NCBI GenBank assembly: GCA_035084275.1
Contig: CM068759.1
Span: 2,480,001 to 2,544,000 of the forward strand
From: Hydrolagus colliei
Lineage: Eukaryota
DNA length: 64,000 nucleotides
Direction: 5' to 3'
The translations under genes and the position numbers were made by a program. The first letter of the stretch is position 1; each line of letters opens with the position of its first letter. Positions 52,635 to 64,000 of the stretch are shown one piece after another. The notes under the pieces are model-generated. The model did no database searches, was not told the origin of the DNA, and was given only the letters and a program-made list of their open reading frames with translations.

Positions 52635-52930
52635 CTGTACCTCAACGATTAGAGCACTCGGCTTACAAGCGAGTGACCTGGGTTTGATTCCAGGCAGAGC
52701 GAAATCTTGGGCAAGTTTCCTTACTCCATACTCCTAATAATAATCCCTCAAGAATAAAACAATAATAAATCAGTCATTCAATCCACGATTGTTTGTGAGA
52801 CGCTGCTATGCACGCTTGGCTGCTGCATTTCACCCACAAATATGCAGTCAATTCACTTTATATTATATTCTGTGAAGCGCTGTGAGACGTCTGAAAAGCC
52901 CTATATCAAAAACAAGGATTATTATTATTA
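52635..52930 (+). mobile_element. Near full-length dominant SINE
   Basis: degenerate A-box, B-box GGTTTGATTCC, core and (TTA)n. Confidence 0.9.
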
Positions 52931-53316
52931 TATGTGGAGCTCAGGACAAGATGTCTAAAGTTATGTGTTTCACGTTTATTCTGAATGATTCAAGGCTCAA
53001 AGTTCTCTAAGTCACAATAGTTCACCTCTTCTTTTCATTTAGAGTTGTATTTTGTACATTTAAAAGAAAATACACTTCCACATCAGCCTCAAGGTTCCTC
53101 TGACTGACTGCTGATCCAATGCCAGACTGTGAGGGTGAATCCTCAGGTGTCTTTTGATTTTGTGCCTTCCCAAGAGCCGAAGCAGATGTTGTTCTATACT
53201 GACATTTGCCGATGATCCCATGTGCAAATTGGTTGGATAATCTAAGGAGGATCATTCAGGAATGCTAGATTCAGACCAATGTAACACCTGGACTAAGGAC
53301 TAGCAGATTGATTTTA

Positions 53317-53410
53317 AGTCAATTCACTTTACAGTATATTCCGTGAAGCGCTTTGTGGCGTCTTAACAACGTGATAAGGCGCTATATCGAATGCAAGGAT
53401 TATTATTATT
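53317..53410 (+). mobile_element. Dominant SINE tail fragment
   Basis: AGTCAATTCACTTTACAG..GCAAGGATTATTATT. Confidence 0.85.
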
Positions 53411-53926
53411 AGTAGTAGATAAATATTGGTAATACATATTGGAACCAGAAATCTTAAGCAGGTAGACAGTGAGCATGGGATCTATTGGGAGTCTGATTCT
53501 TGTTTGAAGATTTCCAACTCATGTCCTTTTGTTTCTTTCAAAGCGGATAAATCCAACATCTGGATCAGATTTGTTGAATTTGGGTCACTTTTGATTGACG
53601 TAAAATCTACACCATCTGTTAATTGATAGTTTTTTTTTCTTTAAAAAAAAATCTACTCAATTACATAAGGTTCCAGGGGGCTGACACTTGGAGTATCACT
53701 ATTTACTGGGAACAAAATCTATGATCATCTGTGGCAGTGTTGGAATTACACATTCTTTTCAGTGTTCTTTCAGTTTAATGAATGTGTGATCTTGTCTGCA
53801 CAGTTTTCTCATCACTTTATAGTCCCTTGTTGAATCTTGGATGAACTCCCTCCGATCACTGTAGAAAGCTTATAGGCAGATCCCTTATCTCATGACACCC
53901 ACCCATAGGTTCACATCAATGTATAT

Positions 53927-54402
53927 CAACAACAACAAAAAATTGCACTTATAGAGCGCCTTTCACATTGGGAGGACGTCCCAAGGCGCTGCACAGGAGG
54001 CGTGTGACCCGAGCTGGGAGGGGAGTGTTCGGGAGGGGTAAGAAACGTAGGGGAGGTCGAAAAATTAGGGGGGGGAAACAAAAGGCACGGTCGAAAAGGA
54101 AAGTCTTCAAACTGGCCTTGAAAGAGGAAAGGGAGGAAACAAGGCGGAGGGATTGGGGGATGGAGTTCCAAAGGGTGGGAGCGGAAAAACTGAAGGCCCG
54201 GCCTCCGATGGTGGGGCGGTTCGGGCGGGGGGCTTGGAGGAAGCCAAGTCCTGCTGAACGGAGGGACCAGGTGGGCTTGTAGGGGGAGAGTAGGTCGGAA
54301 AGATAGGGCTGAGCAAGGCCATGTAAGGCCTTGAAGGTGAGGACGAGGATCTTGAACTCGATCCTCTGGGGGATGGGGAGCCGATGGAGATGGGCGAGGG
54401 TC
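53927..54402 (-). mobile_element. L2 LINE 3' end (ORF2 C-terminus plus 3' UTR), 5'-truncated
   Basis: LHRLPIPQRIEFKILVLTFKALHGLAQPYLSDLL..SLRS..GGRAFS..APTLWNSIP..FKASLKTFLF, then a (TTG)n tail. Confidence 0.95.
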
Positions 54403-55810
54403 ACTGAAGACAGGCATTTGGCTCTTTCCCCCTACCCTGTGCCTTGTACTCTGTATAGCACAAACATGGCTGGTTAGGCAAAGAAGCCCGAGATGTTGTT
54501 TATCATTGCTTCACACCATTTGCTGATGGATCTTGGCTCTAAAACATCTGAGCTGGCTTTGAACCATCGTTTGCAAGAATCAGTGGGGAGAATCATGGCT
54601 CAGGGTGTATTGATTGGATGACGTGAAATAGTAATGGCTAACCCCAACCGTTGCAGCAAAACTGGGCTCCAATATTTCAGGACTAAACTTTTTGTTCAAA
54701 GTTTACACGTGATTGTTGTGACATACCTTTTCCGACATCAATGAAACTAATTACAGTAGTGCCTCAAGGCATGGCACATCAGATGCCACAACAACACATC
54801 CTTCAAAACCAAAATTCAGCCATCTGTTTATACGTACTGTGCATTTGAAGATGTGGATTGATATCACCTCTCACAGGTTGAAATAAGAAACAATTGTGAG
54901 AGAAGTTGCACCTGGGTCTAGATTTACTTTTAGACGGCATCTCGACGCGCTCGGAATTAGTCAGATTCTTACATACTGACCTTAAGTTTGAAGCTGTCTT
55001 ACTTAAAGTTGACTCCAAAGTTCAGAATTCAAATTGAATATTAAATGTAAAAATATGAAGCAACTGTATACATAGAAATGTCATAATCTCATTGTTCTTA
55101 GTGATGCATATTTTAAAAATCCATTTGGAAATTAAAATGTTGACCTAAATGTTTTAAATCAGTTCCAATTATTTCCGTGAAATATTGATGTCGCGCCCAG
55201 TTCTCTCAATTGTGATGATGCAGATAAAATATAGACTATTCTGAAACTATATTACACCTTTGCTACAGGATGTTTTAATATTTAAACAATTCTGTGTGTC
55301 ATGTCATGTTTTATAGATCGGTTGGCAGTCTGTTTCAAAATATGTTCGCTGCATAAAATTAGATGGTGTAAATTTAAAAATCACAGATATTATGCAAATT
55401 TACAATCAAAACGCTGTTTAATTTATTGTGTTCCCATGAAAACAGAGTAGGGGAAGATTGTTAATTTGCCAAATGAATGTAGCAGCTCTCAAATCATTTG
55501 GAAAAATAAAATGCAACCTTCACTGCAAAAGCTCTTGCATGCTTCAGTCTTTTTTTAAAAAAAATCAACTAATCTCTGGGAAGGATTACAATCATGCAAC
55601 AGAGACTGAGGTTGAAGGCACAGTGGTCGAGATTGCTTTGATGCTTTCAGGCTCTATCTCATTCAATAAAAGGCCTATAAAGGTTTCAGAAAGCAAAATG
55701 CCAGCTTCTAAACTGGCAAGTCCTGCAATTTAATTCCAAAAAGTAGAGGTTTCTAATATCACTTGAGGTTGTGAAGACTTCATTTTCAAGCTTCCCTAAA
55801 ATAATACTAT

Positions 55811-55878
55811 CAATAGTCCTTGTTTTTCATATAGCACCTTATCTTATCACGCCTTCGCGGCATCTCAAAGTGCTTCTC
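55811..55878 (-). mobile_element. Diverged SINE tail fragment
   Basis: ATATAGCACCTTATC..TCTCAAAGTGCTTC. Confidence 0.6.
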
Positions 55879-56827
55879 AACACAAGTTAGCTTGGAAGGC
55901 TGAGAATTGGATCCATTGTTTTTAGATTATCATTTAATTAAATATAGTTTGTTATCTGATGCTTTGGACACTAATTTGTCGAAAGCTCAACTGCGGAGAT
56001 TATTTGACGAAATTCTTATCGACGGTCCATCTATTCCCTTGGATCAAGTGTAAGATTATGCAGTAATAATGTTGACACAAAACACAAAGTGCATTGGCTG
56101 TGCTTTGAATCAGCCTGAATATATAAAGGGTGGCAGTAGGAAGATTTAGAATTTGTGAAATTAACTTGTAATTAACAAATTAATCATTTGAAAGGGTTTG
56201 GGTTGTTTTAATTACAGCAAGTTAATTAGAATGCTTCTAACTGCAGATCTGTTTACCCTGTAATTGGAAAATACTCTGGAACCGGCAATTGCTGAATACT
56301 TAACATGATACCAAAGGTACGGCCGCCTTGTAAGTCATGCAAGTAATCCGCTACTGATTTGTGTTGCAAATGAACTCTCAACTCACCTCCCTCCTCAAAT
56401 GGGGCGATTCTCTCAAGGGCAGTGCACATAATGAACAGTAGAGAAAGTAAGTGTTCTCGACCGAGAAGCTCTGCACACTATATTTAACGATCTTCTGAGA
56501 ATCAACCACACAGCCTCTACTAAATAATTTACACGATCTCTGAAAACTTGCCCTCATTAGTCATCTGCAGGGGACAAATAATATCAATTACTATAACTTA
56601 CACATGCTGCATATAAATTTACCTGGACTATAATTTGCTCCTGTAATACATAAACTGACAATATTGGCAGAGACTAGTCCACCTGCTGCTGTTTGTGTGT
56701 ATGTATGTGGGGTGAAATGGTGCTCACTCTGAGTGAAACAAAACTTACGCTGGATTTGTACTTCAGTGCTTTGTGGCGCATCGATCTGATTCACCCCAAA
56801 GTGTGCAGGGTAAATCGAAGTGGAGCT

Positions 56828-57037
56828 GGAGCCCGTTGTGGTGGAACCTGTGTTCGAATCCAGGCAGATCAGGGCGAAACCTTGGGCAAGTTTCCTTACT
56901 CCACACGCCGAATAATAATCCGTCCAAAAAAACCCACAATAATAAAATTGGTCATTTCAATCCATGACTGTTTGTGGGACACTGCTGTGTGCAATTGACT
57001 GCCAGGTTTCGCTCACAAATGTAGTCAATTCACTTTA
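56828..57037 (+). mobile_element. Dominant SINE, 3'-truncated with head deletion
   Basis: ACCTGTGTTCGAATCCAGGCAG..AGTCAATTCACTTTA. Confidence 0.9.
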
Positions 57038-57519
57038 TTTGGGGAGAGAAGTTCAATAAAGTGCAAATTAAATTGGCCTTTGGTCCCAATGATTGCCCTG
57101 AAAGCAATCAAGCCCAATTGAGAATGAAGGAATTTTCAAGGTTTTTTTCTCAAATGATTTTGAACAGGTTGGCCTGTTTAATAATAACAGCAGAAGGGAG
57201 AAATTCCACCTGGGTCTTCTAGATTTACTCTTATTTAAATAGATCTACTCCACATTTATTTTATCTATCTTTTAAGAGTGTTCAGAATGTGGTAAACTCT
57301 TAAATGCAGACTTAATTTTGAGGGAGCTCTTTTAAGAACTATGGACAATGGACTTCAGAGTTAAGGTGAGATGCAACAATTTTCCAAATTTCTGAAATGC
57401 CACATAGACGGAGTAAAGCAACAGCCACACATTGTATTTATATTGCGGCTTTTGTGTTTTGTGCTACAAATCCAGACTTTCTGCTCTGCATCGCTATCTA
57501 CTGCTGGAGAGATGCAGTA

Positions 57520-57654
57520 TAGGGTTTTGCCTCCAGCAATACAAAATAGTGTTGTTGTTACAATAAATATTTAGTTGTTGAACCAGATTTTGATGGAACA
57601 AGACCATCAGAAAATCCAAACTGCCTGTTGTAATGGGAGACACATGGCAACCTA
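57520..57654. mobile_element. Probable hAT-type MITE relic
   Basis: TAGGGTTttGCC ... GGGAGAcacaTGGCAACCTA ends; flanks TGCAGTAT / TACAGTAT. Confidence 0.4.
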
Positions 57655-58213
57655 CAGTATTTTAAATGTCTTTGATATCATGCACCACGGAAATCCAATA
57701 CAATGGATGACATGAATTATTTGGGTTCCAGTTTGAATAATTGAGAATTGGTGCATTCATCTTCAATAAGTAAAAAGACGATTATTTTAGAAACTGCTCT
57801 TGAGGGAGTGGATTAACTATTGATGTTTGCTCTTATGAATGTTTTATAAGAATTCTGCCTCCAATGTAACCTGGTTAGAATCCAGCCACTCAACCCCAGA
57901 CTTTTGAGGTGCAGCATCTCTTGGATCTGCGAGGTGGATTTGAAGAACTCAAAGCTGATGCTCGATGGTTGGGGGGGAGGGGGGCGGTCAGTGCTGATGA
58001 CTTCTTTCAGTTTGAAAGAGTTTCAGGAATCCTTACTCATAACACACAGTTACGCAGATTCTAAAACTTGGCTGCTTGTGGGCAAGAACTTTGCCTTCAA
58101 GTAGTGTGTGTCTTCAAGTAGTATGCCTTCAACCACACGAGCCATACTGTATCTTCGTTTAATCTCAAAATGTGTGACACAGTCTTTAGTCAATAAACAG
58201 AGTGATAATTACT

Positions 58214-58295
58214 AATTAGAATCCTTGCATTTGATAAGATAATGTTGCGTCTCAAAGTGCACCACAGGATAGCCTGTAAAGTGGATTGTTTGTGT
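58214..58295 (-). mobile_element. Diverged SINE tail fragment
   Basis: AATCCTTGCATTTGATA..CTGTAAAGTGGATTG. Confidence 0.7.
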
Positions 58296-58902
58296 TGTTT
58301 CATAGGTTAACATCAGCTAGAGACCAAATGCATGTGAGCAAATAGTTCAAATGCATTGAATTAGGGAAGGCTGCTCTCATAGAATCTGCCTTTCAAAGCC
58401 TCTCACAGCCACATTTCCTCGTTGAAGGTTATGAAAAAGAAGGATTTCTTTTTTTTCATCCCGCACACAGCAGATGGGTATTCTTGTCAGATTACTTGTA
58501 AATGTCTTCACGCTGAGAGATTTACTGTTCACAGCTTTCTGCTTCCTGACAGAAAACAAGCTCAGGAACTTGTCATGTATTTTACAAAACCAGCTTCCTG
58601 CACATTGTGGCAGGCAGAAAATGCTTTTGTGTTATCCAACCCAAGGCACTTGATCGCATCCGTACCAACGCGACCTCTAGGACCACCTTTACTTCTCGAA
58701 TAACATTTCTTGCTTCTTGCGGGGGAAAAAAGCTAAAGCTATAAATTGTGAATTGGTTGCATTGGTTAATTGTGTGGGATACAACGTCTAACCCAAATTC
58801 AAGTCTTTGTGACATCTTAGCCGGAGAGGATGTGTATTTAGTCTTGTGGTTGGAAACTGGACACTCTTTCTGCGAGTGACTTTCATCTTTGAGGTGATGC
58901 CC

Positions 58903-59112
58903 AAACAACAACAGAGGCAAGTTGTGTTTATACAGCGCTTTTCCACATCGGGAGGATGTCCCAAAGTGCTGGGCAGTCATAGTTTGTACTCGAGCTAAGG
59001 GTTGCAATTGAAATATGGTGGGGTAGGAAGGACAGGGGCTAATGCCTGCCAAGTGGAGGGAGTGGGCAGGTAGGTAAGGCTTCAGTAGTTCGCAGAGGTA
59101 GAGAGGAATGAG
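58903..59112 (-). mobile_element. Decayed L2 3' end
   Basis: tail CAGCGCTTTTCCACATCGGGAGGATGTCCCAAAG; peptide LIPLYLCELLKPYLPAHSL resembles L2 LAPxYLSDLLxPYxPxRSL. Confidence 0.7.
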
Positions 59113-62103
59113 TTCCGTGGGCTGTTGATTTGTTTGTGTTTGTTCCCTGCAATCATAATACTTTGCAAAATGGAATTGCAAACACAACGGGTCAACTCGT
59201 TTCAAATCAAAGCTCCTAAAATAACATTTTGCACGGAATCAGTATGAATGTAAAACGTAGAAGAAGTCAACTACCGTATACTTAATTCAGGGGATTGATC
59301 AGCCAACACATGGGTGAGCTATAAGGGGGGTTTATTTTGCAATGCATCAAAATATGCGACTGATAAACATGCGTACAGTGCTGCAAATGCACAACAGGTG
59401 AATCAACAGCTGTCAGAGAAAGACACGTTCCTTTTTTCAGGTGTGTCCCTTGATCAGTTCTGATCAGTGCTTTTGGCACTTTTATTTCTACTGCATCAGT
59501 TATTCTTTCTATTTCTAGATATTATACTTTGCTTTTTCATTTTTTGTTTAATCCAAGAGAATTTATGAATCCACTGCGCTCTGGATGTGATTCAAAACCG
59601 GAACGGATTATCAGAACATTTTCACTTCAGCCTTTTTTTTCCATAATCTTCTTTCAGTTTCCGTTTCATTGTGCCTTGTTTCTGAAAGAGCCATGGGGGT
59701 GGGGGTAGGGAGGTTGGGGTGAGGGTTGGTTATAAACAGCTCTCTACGGTTCATGATGGTTTGAGAGGAGCAGATAGACTTCCCCCCCCCCCCCCCCTCA
59801 CACTGAGCTCGACACAGAATCAACCCCCGTGGTTGCTACATGTAGCTGCTTCATCCACTACAGAAGTGAGCTCGCTGCTTTAATAAAAGAAATTCTGGTG
59901 AAGAACAATCTAGGGTATCCACTTGAGATTTTTTTCCCTGTCGCCTCATTTAAATTATTTTTTGCATCATTCTAACTCTCCCTTGGCTGGATTTGTCTGT
60001 CAGATGGTGGAGTGCAAGGAGCCTTATTCTTTTCCCCTCTTCATTTTCTTTGTTCTGGCTCCACACAGTGCCTGCTATATAGGGCATAATCAAACGTAGG
60101 CACTAGCTGTGTTGAGAATAAGAACACAAAGACTCCTATTTCACAAATTGAGTCCCAGAGTGACATGGTAGTCTGAAGGAAGCGAAATGTCTTGGCATCA
60201 TCTCACTTAGCACCAGCATTGCAACTAAACATGTTCTTCTTCGACAGGGACATACTTGTAGAGTTTTCAGAATCTGAGGTCAGGGAACTCTGTCACGATC
60301 CAAGAGGGATATTGTGCAACAAACTAATTAGACTGAGTATGAATGGTAAGATATAATAGCTGAACCATAACATGCCTGTGATGCTACCATGGTTATAATA
60401 TTTCACCAATGGCTTGTTTTTTGCTGTGATACAGGGTGCATTTCTGAACTTGATTCTGGAAAATGATCAGTTCCTCATTTCATCAATGCTGACACGGATA
60501 TCCATTTTAATTATCTATATGTGTGTGTTTGTGTATGTACATATAATATAAGCAGATTTTAATTGGATGTTGCTTTAATTTTGAATAATGATATGACATT
60601 GATTGGATGCGTACTGATTCTGATGTAAAATACCAAATGAGCTGAAATAGTGGGTGGTTTCTGAGCAAATGCTTTTAAAGAATGGGGAGTGCTCAGTTTT
60701 CACGGTTTGCTTTCCGTATTTTATTGCAGATTTTCCCCCATCCTTTTAAAATATACATTATTGGATTATTTTTGTGCTCACGGGAGTTAAGTAGGGTTTT
60801 GGTAGAAAATATTCAGCATAATGTAGGCAGTGAAATTATCATTTCCATTGAATGGAAAGCAAACCAAGCAGTTTTCTCACTGTTATTGTTAAAATATGAT
60901 TGGCGTTTAAGCTGGTGTACTTCAATTACATTTAAATACTAGAGAAGTATATTGAAAAGGTGTTGGGATGAGTGCAGCGAAAAGAGGGTTATGAAGTGGA
61001 AAGTTTACTTGTTGGATTTGGATCACAGTCGTAGAATGAGGGCGATTCGCTGAACACCCTGTTCTTATTGCTACCTCACGAGCTTACTGATTGCTATAGT
61101 CTTTGAACAGTTGTTTTCTTTGATTTCAATTCACTTCAAATATTTTGAACCATCTAATGAGGTTGCCAGTTGTCAAAAATCATTGCGTGGTTTGGATTGC
61201 CAATTGAATATCAAAATTCAATCTGTCTGCTGCGGGGGAAAAAAATGATTCCTGTCATCTGAAACACTCATCATTTACGCTGATGCCCTATTATCCCAAT
61301 TATTCATAATAAAAAGTCAATCACAGCACTCGATAAATTCTTAGCTGACAAAACAGTGATCCGTTTTTCTTTTAACTGGAGCAAAGTAGCAGAAGTCAAA
61401 TCATCTGGTGTTTATTTTTAGGCATGAAGGTCAGAAAGAGGAGTTTCAATATCTTCACTACAGCAGTGGAATGGATATTTGAGTTTAGAATCGTGGAGTT
61501 TAGAGTCAATCGCAGATGTTCACCCCAGTTGTGTTCACAGGCAACTGTGAATGAGCTATCAGAACACGATTCCTGCCGCTAATAAAAAAAATTAAGATCA
61601 TTTTGTTTGAGTCAAACATACTTTGGGTAACCATAACAACCTTTTTCAGTGGATAACATACTTGAATATAAATCATGTTGATTCAGGGGACTTTCGGAAA
61701 CAGTAGTTCTGATTTATATGCAGTGGTTAAAGTCTGAACTTATTTTAAATTGCCTTAATTTGCCCTGTCTTAAAATGCCTAAACTCAGTTGGATGACTTT
61801 TTGCGGTAAATATTCTGGCTCAGCATTACACTGTACATCTTTGTTCTATGATTCATTTATCGTTTGCTGTCAGATTAAATGAATGAATATTATCGCAACA
61901 GTGATTTCCACCTTTTCCTGAGGGTTTTAACCTACGCCTTCCGATGCAGAGGCCATTGTAGATAATAGTGTAGAAAACCATTTGGCCAGATGTTGTATAC
62001 CCTTTTCAGTGGTAACATTCCAGTGAGTGCTATAACATACTAATAAAATTCAGAACTAAGGATTGGTAGTTTTTTTTTAACTTTTAAAAAATAATAATTT
62101 TTT

Positions 62104-62245
62104 TGTGGGTAAAACACAGCAGCCAATTGCGCACAGCAGTGTTCCACAACAACAACAACAATAATAACAATCCTTGCATTTGTATTAAGAGGACATCCCA
62201 AGTGCCTCACAGAATAAAGTGTAAAGTTCAATGAATGCGCTTTTC
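62104..62245 (-). mobile_element. Two juxtaposed or nested SINE fragments
   Basis: core segment followed by a new (AAC/AAT)n tail and TCCTTGCATTT. Confidence 0.7.
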
Positions 62246-62334
62246 GCGGATAAGCTTTGGATACAAGTGCAGCAAAAGGACACAAGCAATGTAGTACGTA
62301 CATATATGAAGGAGGATGGAATAGAGGGGATTCA

Positions 62335-62402
62335 AAGGGCTCATGTGGAGTAAAAACACCAGCAAAGACTAATATGGCTGAATGGCCTGTTTTGTGCTAT
62401 AT
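62335..62402 (+). mobile_element. CR1-type 3' UTR relic
   Basis: GCTCATGTGGAGTAAAAACACCAGCA..GGCTGAATGGCCTGTTT. Confidence 0.6.
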
Positions 62403-63107
62403 AGAGTACTCCACTGTGTTATGTAGTACAGTATATAGTATTAGATTCGGCAAACTATTTTCTCTTCTCAATTTGCAATAGCACACATTTCTCATGACTT
62501 ACCTACATACGGGAGATCAATAGGCAAATTGCAATAAATGCAATGAGGCAAGAAAGAGCAGCCTTTCCGTGTACATGGACCATCAAATCTTTAGTGTTAA
62601 CACCATCTCTCAGATACAGCAACTGACCATTATTGAGTTGTAGGCAGTTAATTCTCTTAATTTTCCTTTAAAACTCGTGCTGCTCATTACATCCAATCCC
62701 CGATGGACCTTCAGATTCAGCAATAAGAAGAAACTGAAACATAAAATTTTGTTGGCACACATATCTGTTTGTATTTCTGAGAGAGAAATTTCGCTTTAAA
62801 ATTTGCAGCGTGCAAAATGCACAGTTTATTTTTCTAAATGCTTTGGGCATCGCAGTTGAATTGTATTGTAACATAACTGAGAGCTTTGTAATAAATGTAA
62901 GGTGTGAGTGAAGGATAGCCTGTAGAATACTAAGTACTAACAACTACTACTGAAAATTCAGCTTTTGTATTAACACTTAGGGGTGTAATTAGTTATGTTT
63001 CATTATGTATTATAGGTGGCAATGTTGTGTTATCATCTAGCATGTTATCAAATGCTGCTAATTTCAACCCTAAACCTCTCTAAGGGGTTGCTTAATGATA
63101 TTAATTT

Positions 63108-63215
63108 ATAATAATCCTTACATTTGATCGAGGCTTTCACTTCAGGAGGATGTCTTAAAGTGCTTCCTAACATGTCCTATACTGTAAAGTGTATGGACTG
63201 TGTGTGTGTTTACAG
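63108..63215 (-). mobile_element. Diverged SINE tail fragment
   Basis: ATAATAATCCTTACATTTGAT..ACTGTAAAGTG. Confidence 0.65.
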
Positions 63216-64000
63216 ACAAACGCTTAACGATGCAAAAGTAAAACTTTTTAAAAAGGTAGTATTCCTAGTGTTGCCTCACCAACCGTGCTGTGCATTTAAT
63301 TACTGTGAATGATTCTGAGCCATATTCCCCTGGTAACAACACTCCGCGTGCACTCATTAGTTTGTTCTACCTGAGTTGCCATGACATCATTTTTTGTGGT
63401 CATTTACATAAAAGTCATGGGCTGAGCAGATACTCAACAAAGCTTTCAGCTTATCACATTCTACTGTCTTATTAACCCCATCATTTTCCAACGAGAATTT
63501 TTCAATTCCAGCAAAATCCAGTTTTCAAATAATAGTATAAATCCCTCCGATTGTATAAGCAAATGCGCTGAGACTGTTGCCCATGACTGGTTTGTAAAGA
63601 AATTAGTTTCATTGTCAGTTTCCTGCTACTGTTTAAGGCCCACCTCAAAATCTATTGCTGCAAACGCTGTTAGTTTGTTGGGAAGTCACTCTACCAGAAC
63701 TCCCAGAATTCAAGTCTTATGTTTAGTAGCTTTAGCAAAATCTAATATCGGAATTTACCAGTTTCATTGTTTGCTTACGTTAAGGAAGCAAATCAGATTC
63801 TAACAATAGAGAAAATCAAAAGATTTTTCTGTAATCAGAGGGTTTCAGTTTACCAGTAACACCAAATGAAGCATTCGTACAATGCTGATTTCTGAATGGG
63901 AGGTATTCAGACTTGAGGAATCAATTTGCACAAATTCTCCCAACGTGCTCGGAGTGAACCGATGGATTACCTGTTATGATGGCCAAAGCACAAATGCAGC

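Noticed and set aside
53180-53240. TFADD peptide
   Set aside because: Isolated RT-like word without flanking motifs
58582-59205. Longest ORF (207 aa)
   Set aside because: Mosaic of a decayed L2 end and flanking sequence; no coherent domain
1-64000. CRISPR array, operons, rRNA or other prokaryotic systems
   Set aside because: Vertebrate DNA; repeats are dispersed retroposons, not regularly spaced arrays

Overview
Eukaryotic, AT-rich, essentially non-coding vertebrate DNA (intergenic or large intron). The repeat content points to a cartilaginous fish, probably a chimaera such as Callorhinchus; this is an inference. I recognise no cellular protein-coding gene: the only ORF-track peptides with real homology are CR1 and L2 LINE ORF2 remnants. 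The window holds about 30 copies or fragments of one ~320-bp tRNA-derived SINE with an L2-type tail and (TTA)n end. It also holds older DeuSINE (SacSINE1/AmnSINE1-like) relics, 3' ends of CR1 and L2 LINEs, a probable hAT-type MITE and microsatellites. The most interesting non-repeat signals are regulatory: a candidate minus-strand promoter/first exon near the left edge, two DR4 nuclear-receptor elements (one perfect) upstream of it, a convergent pair of CTCF motifs about 38 kb apart, several homeobox-site-rich CNE-like blocks, and one well-formed orphan exon. I found no convincing novel biological system. All regulatory calls are motif-level only and repeat boundaries are approximate.
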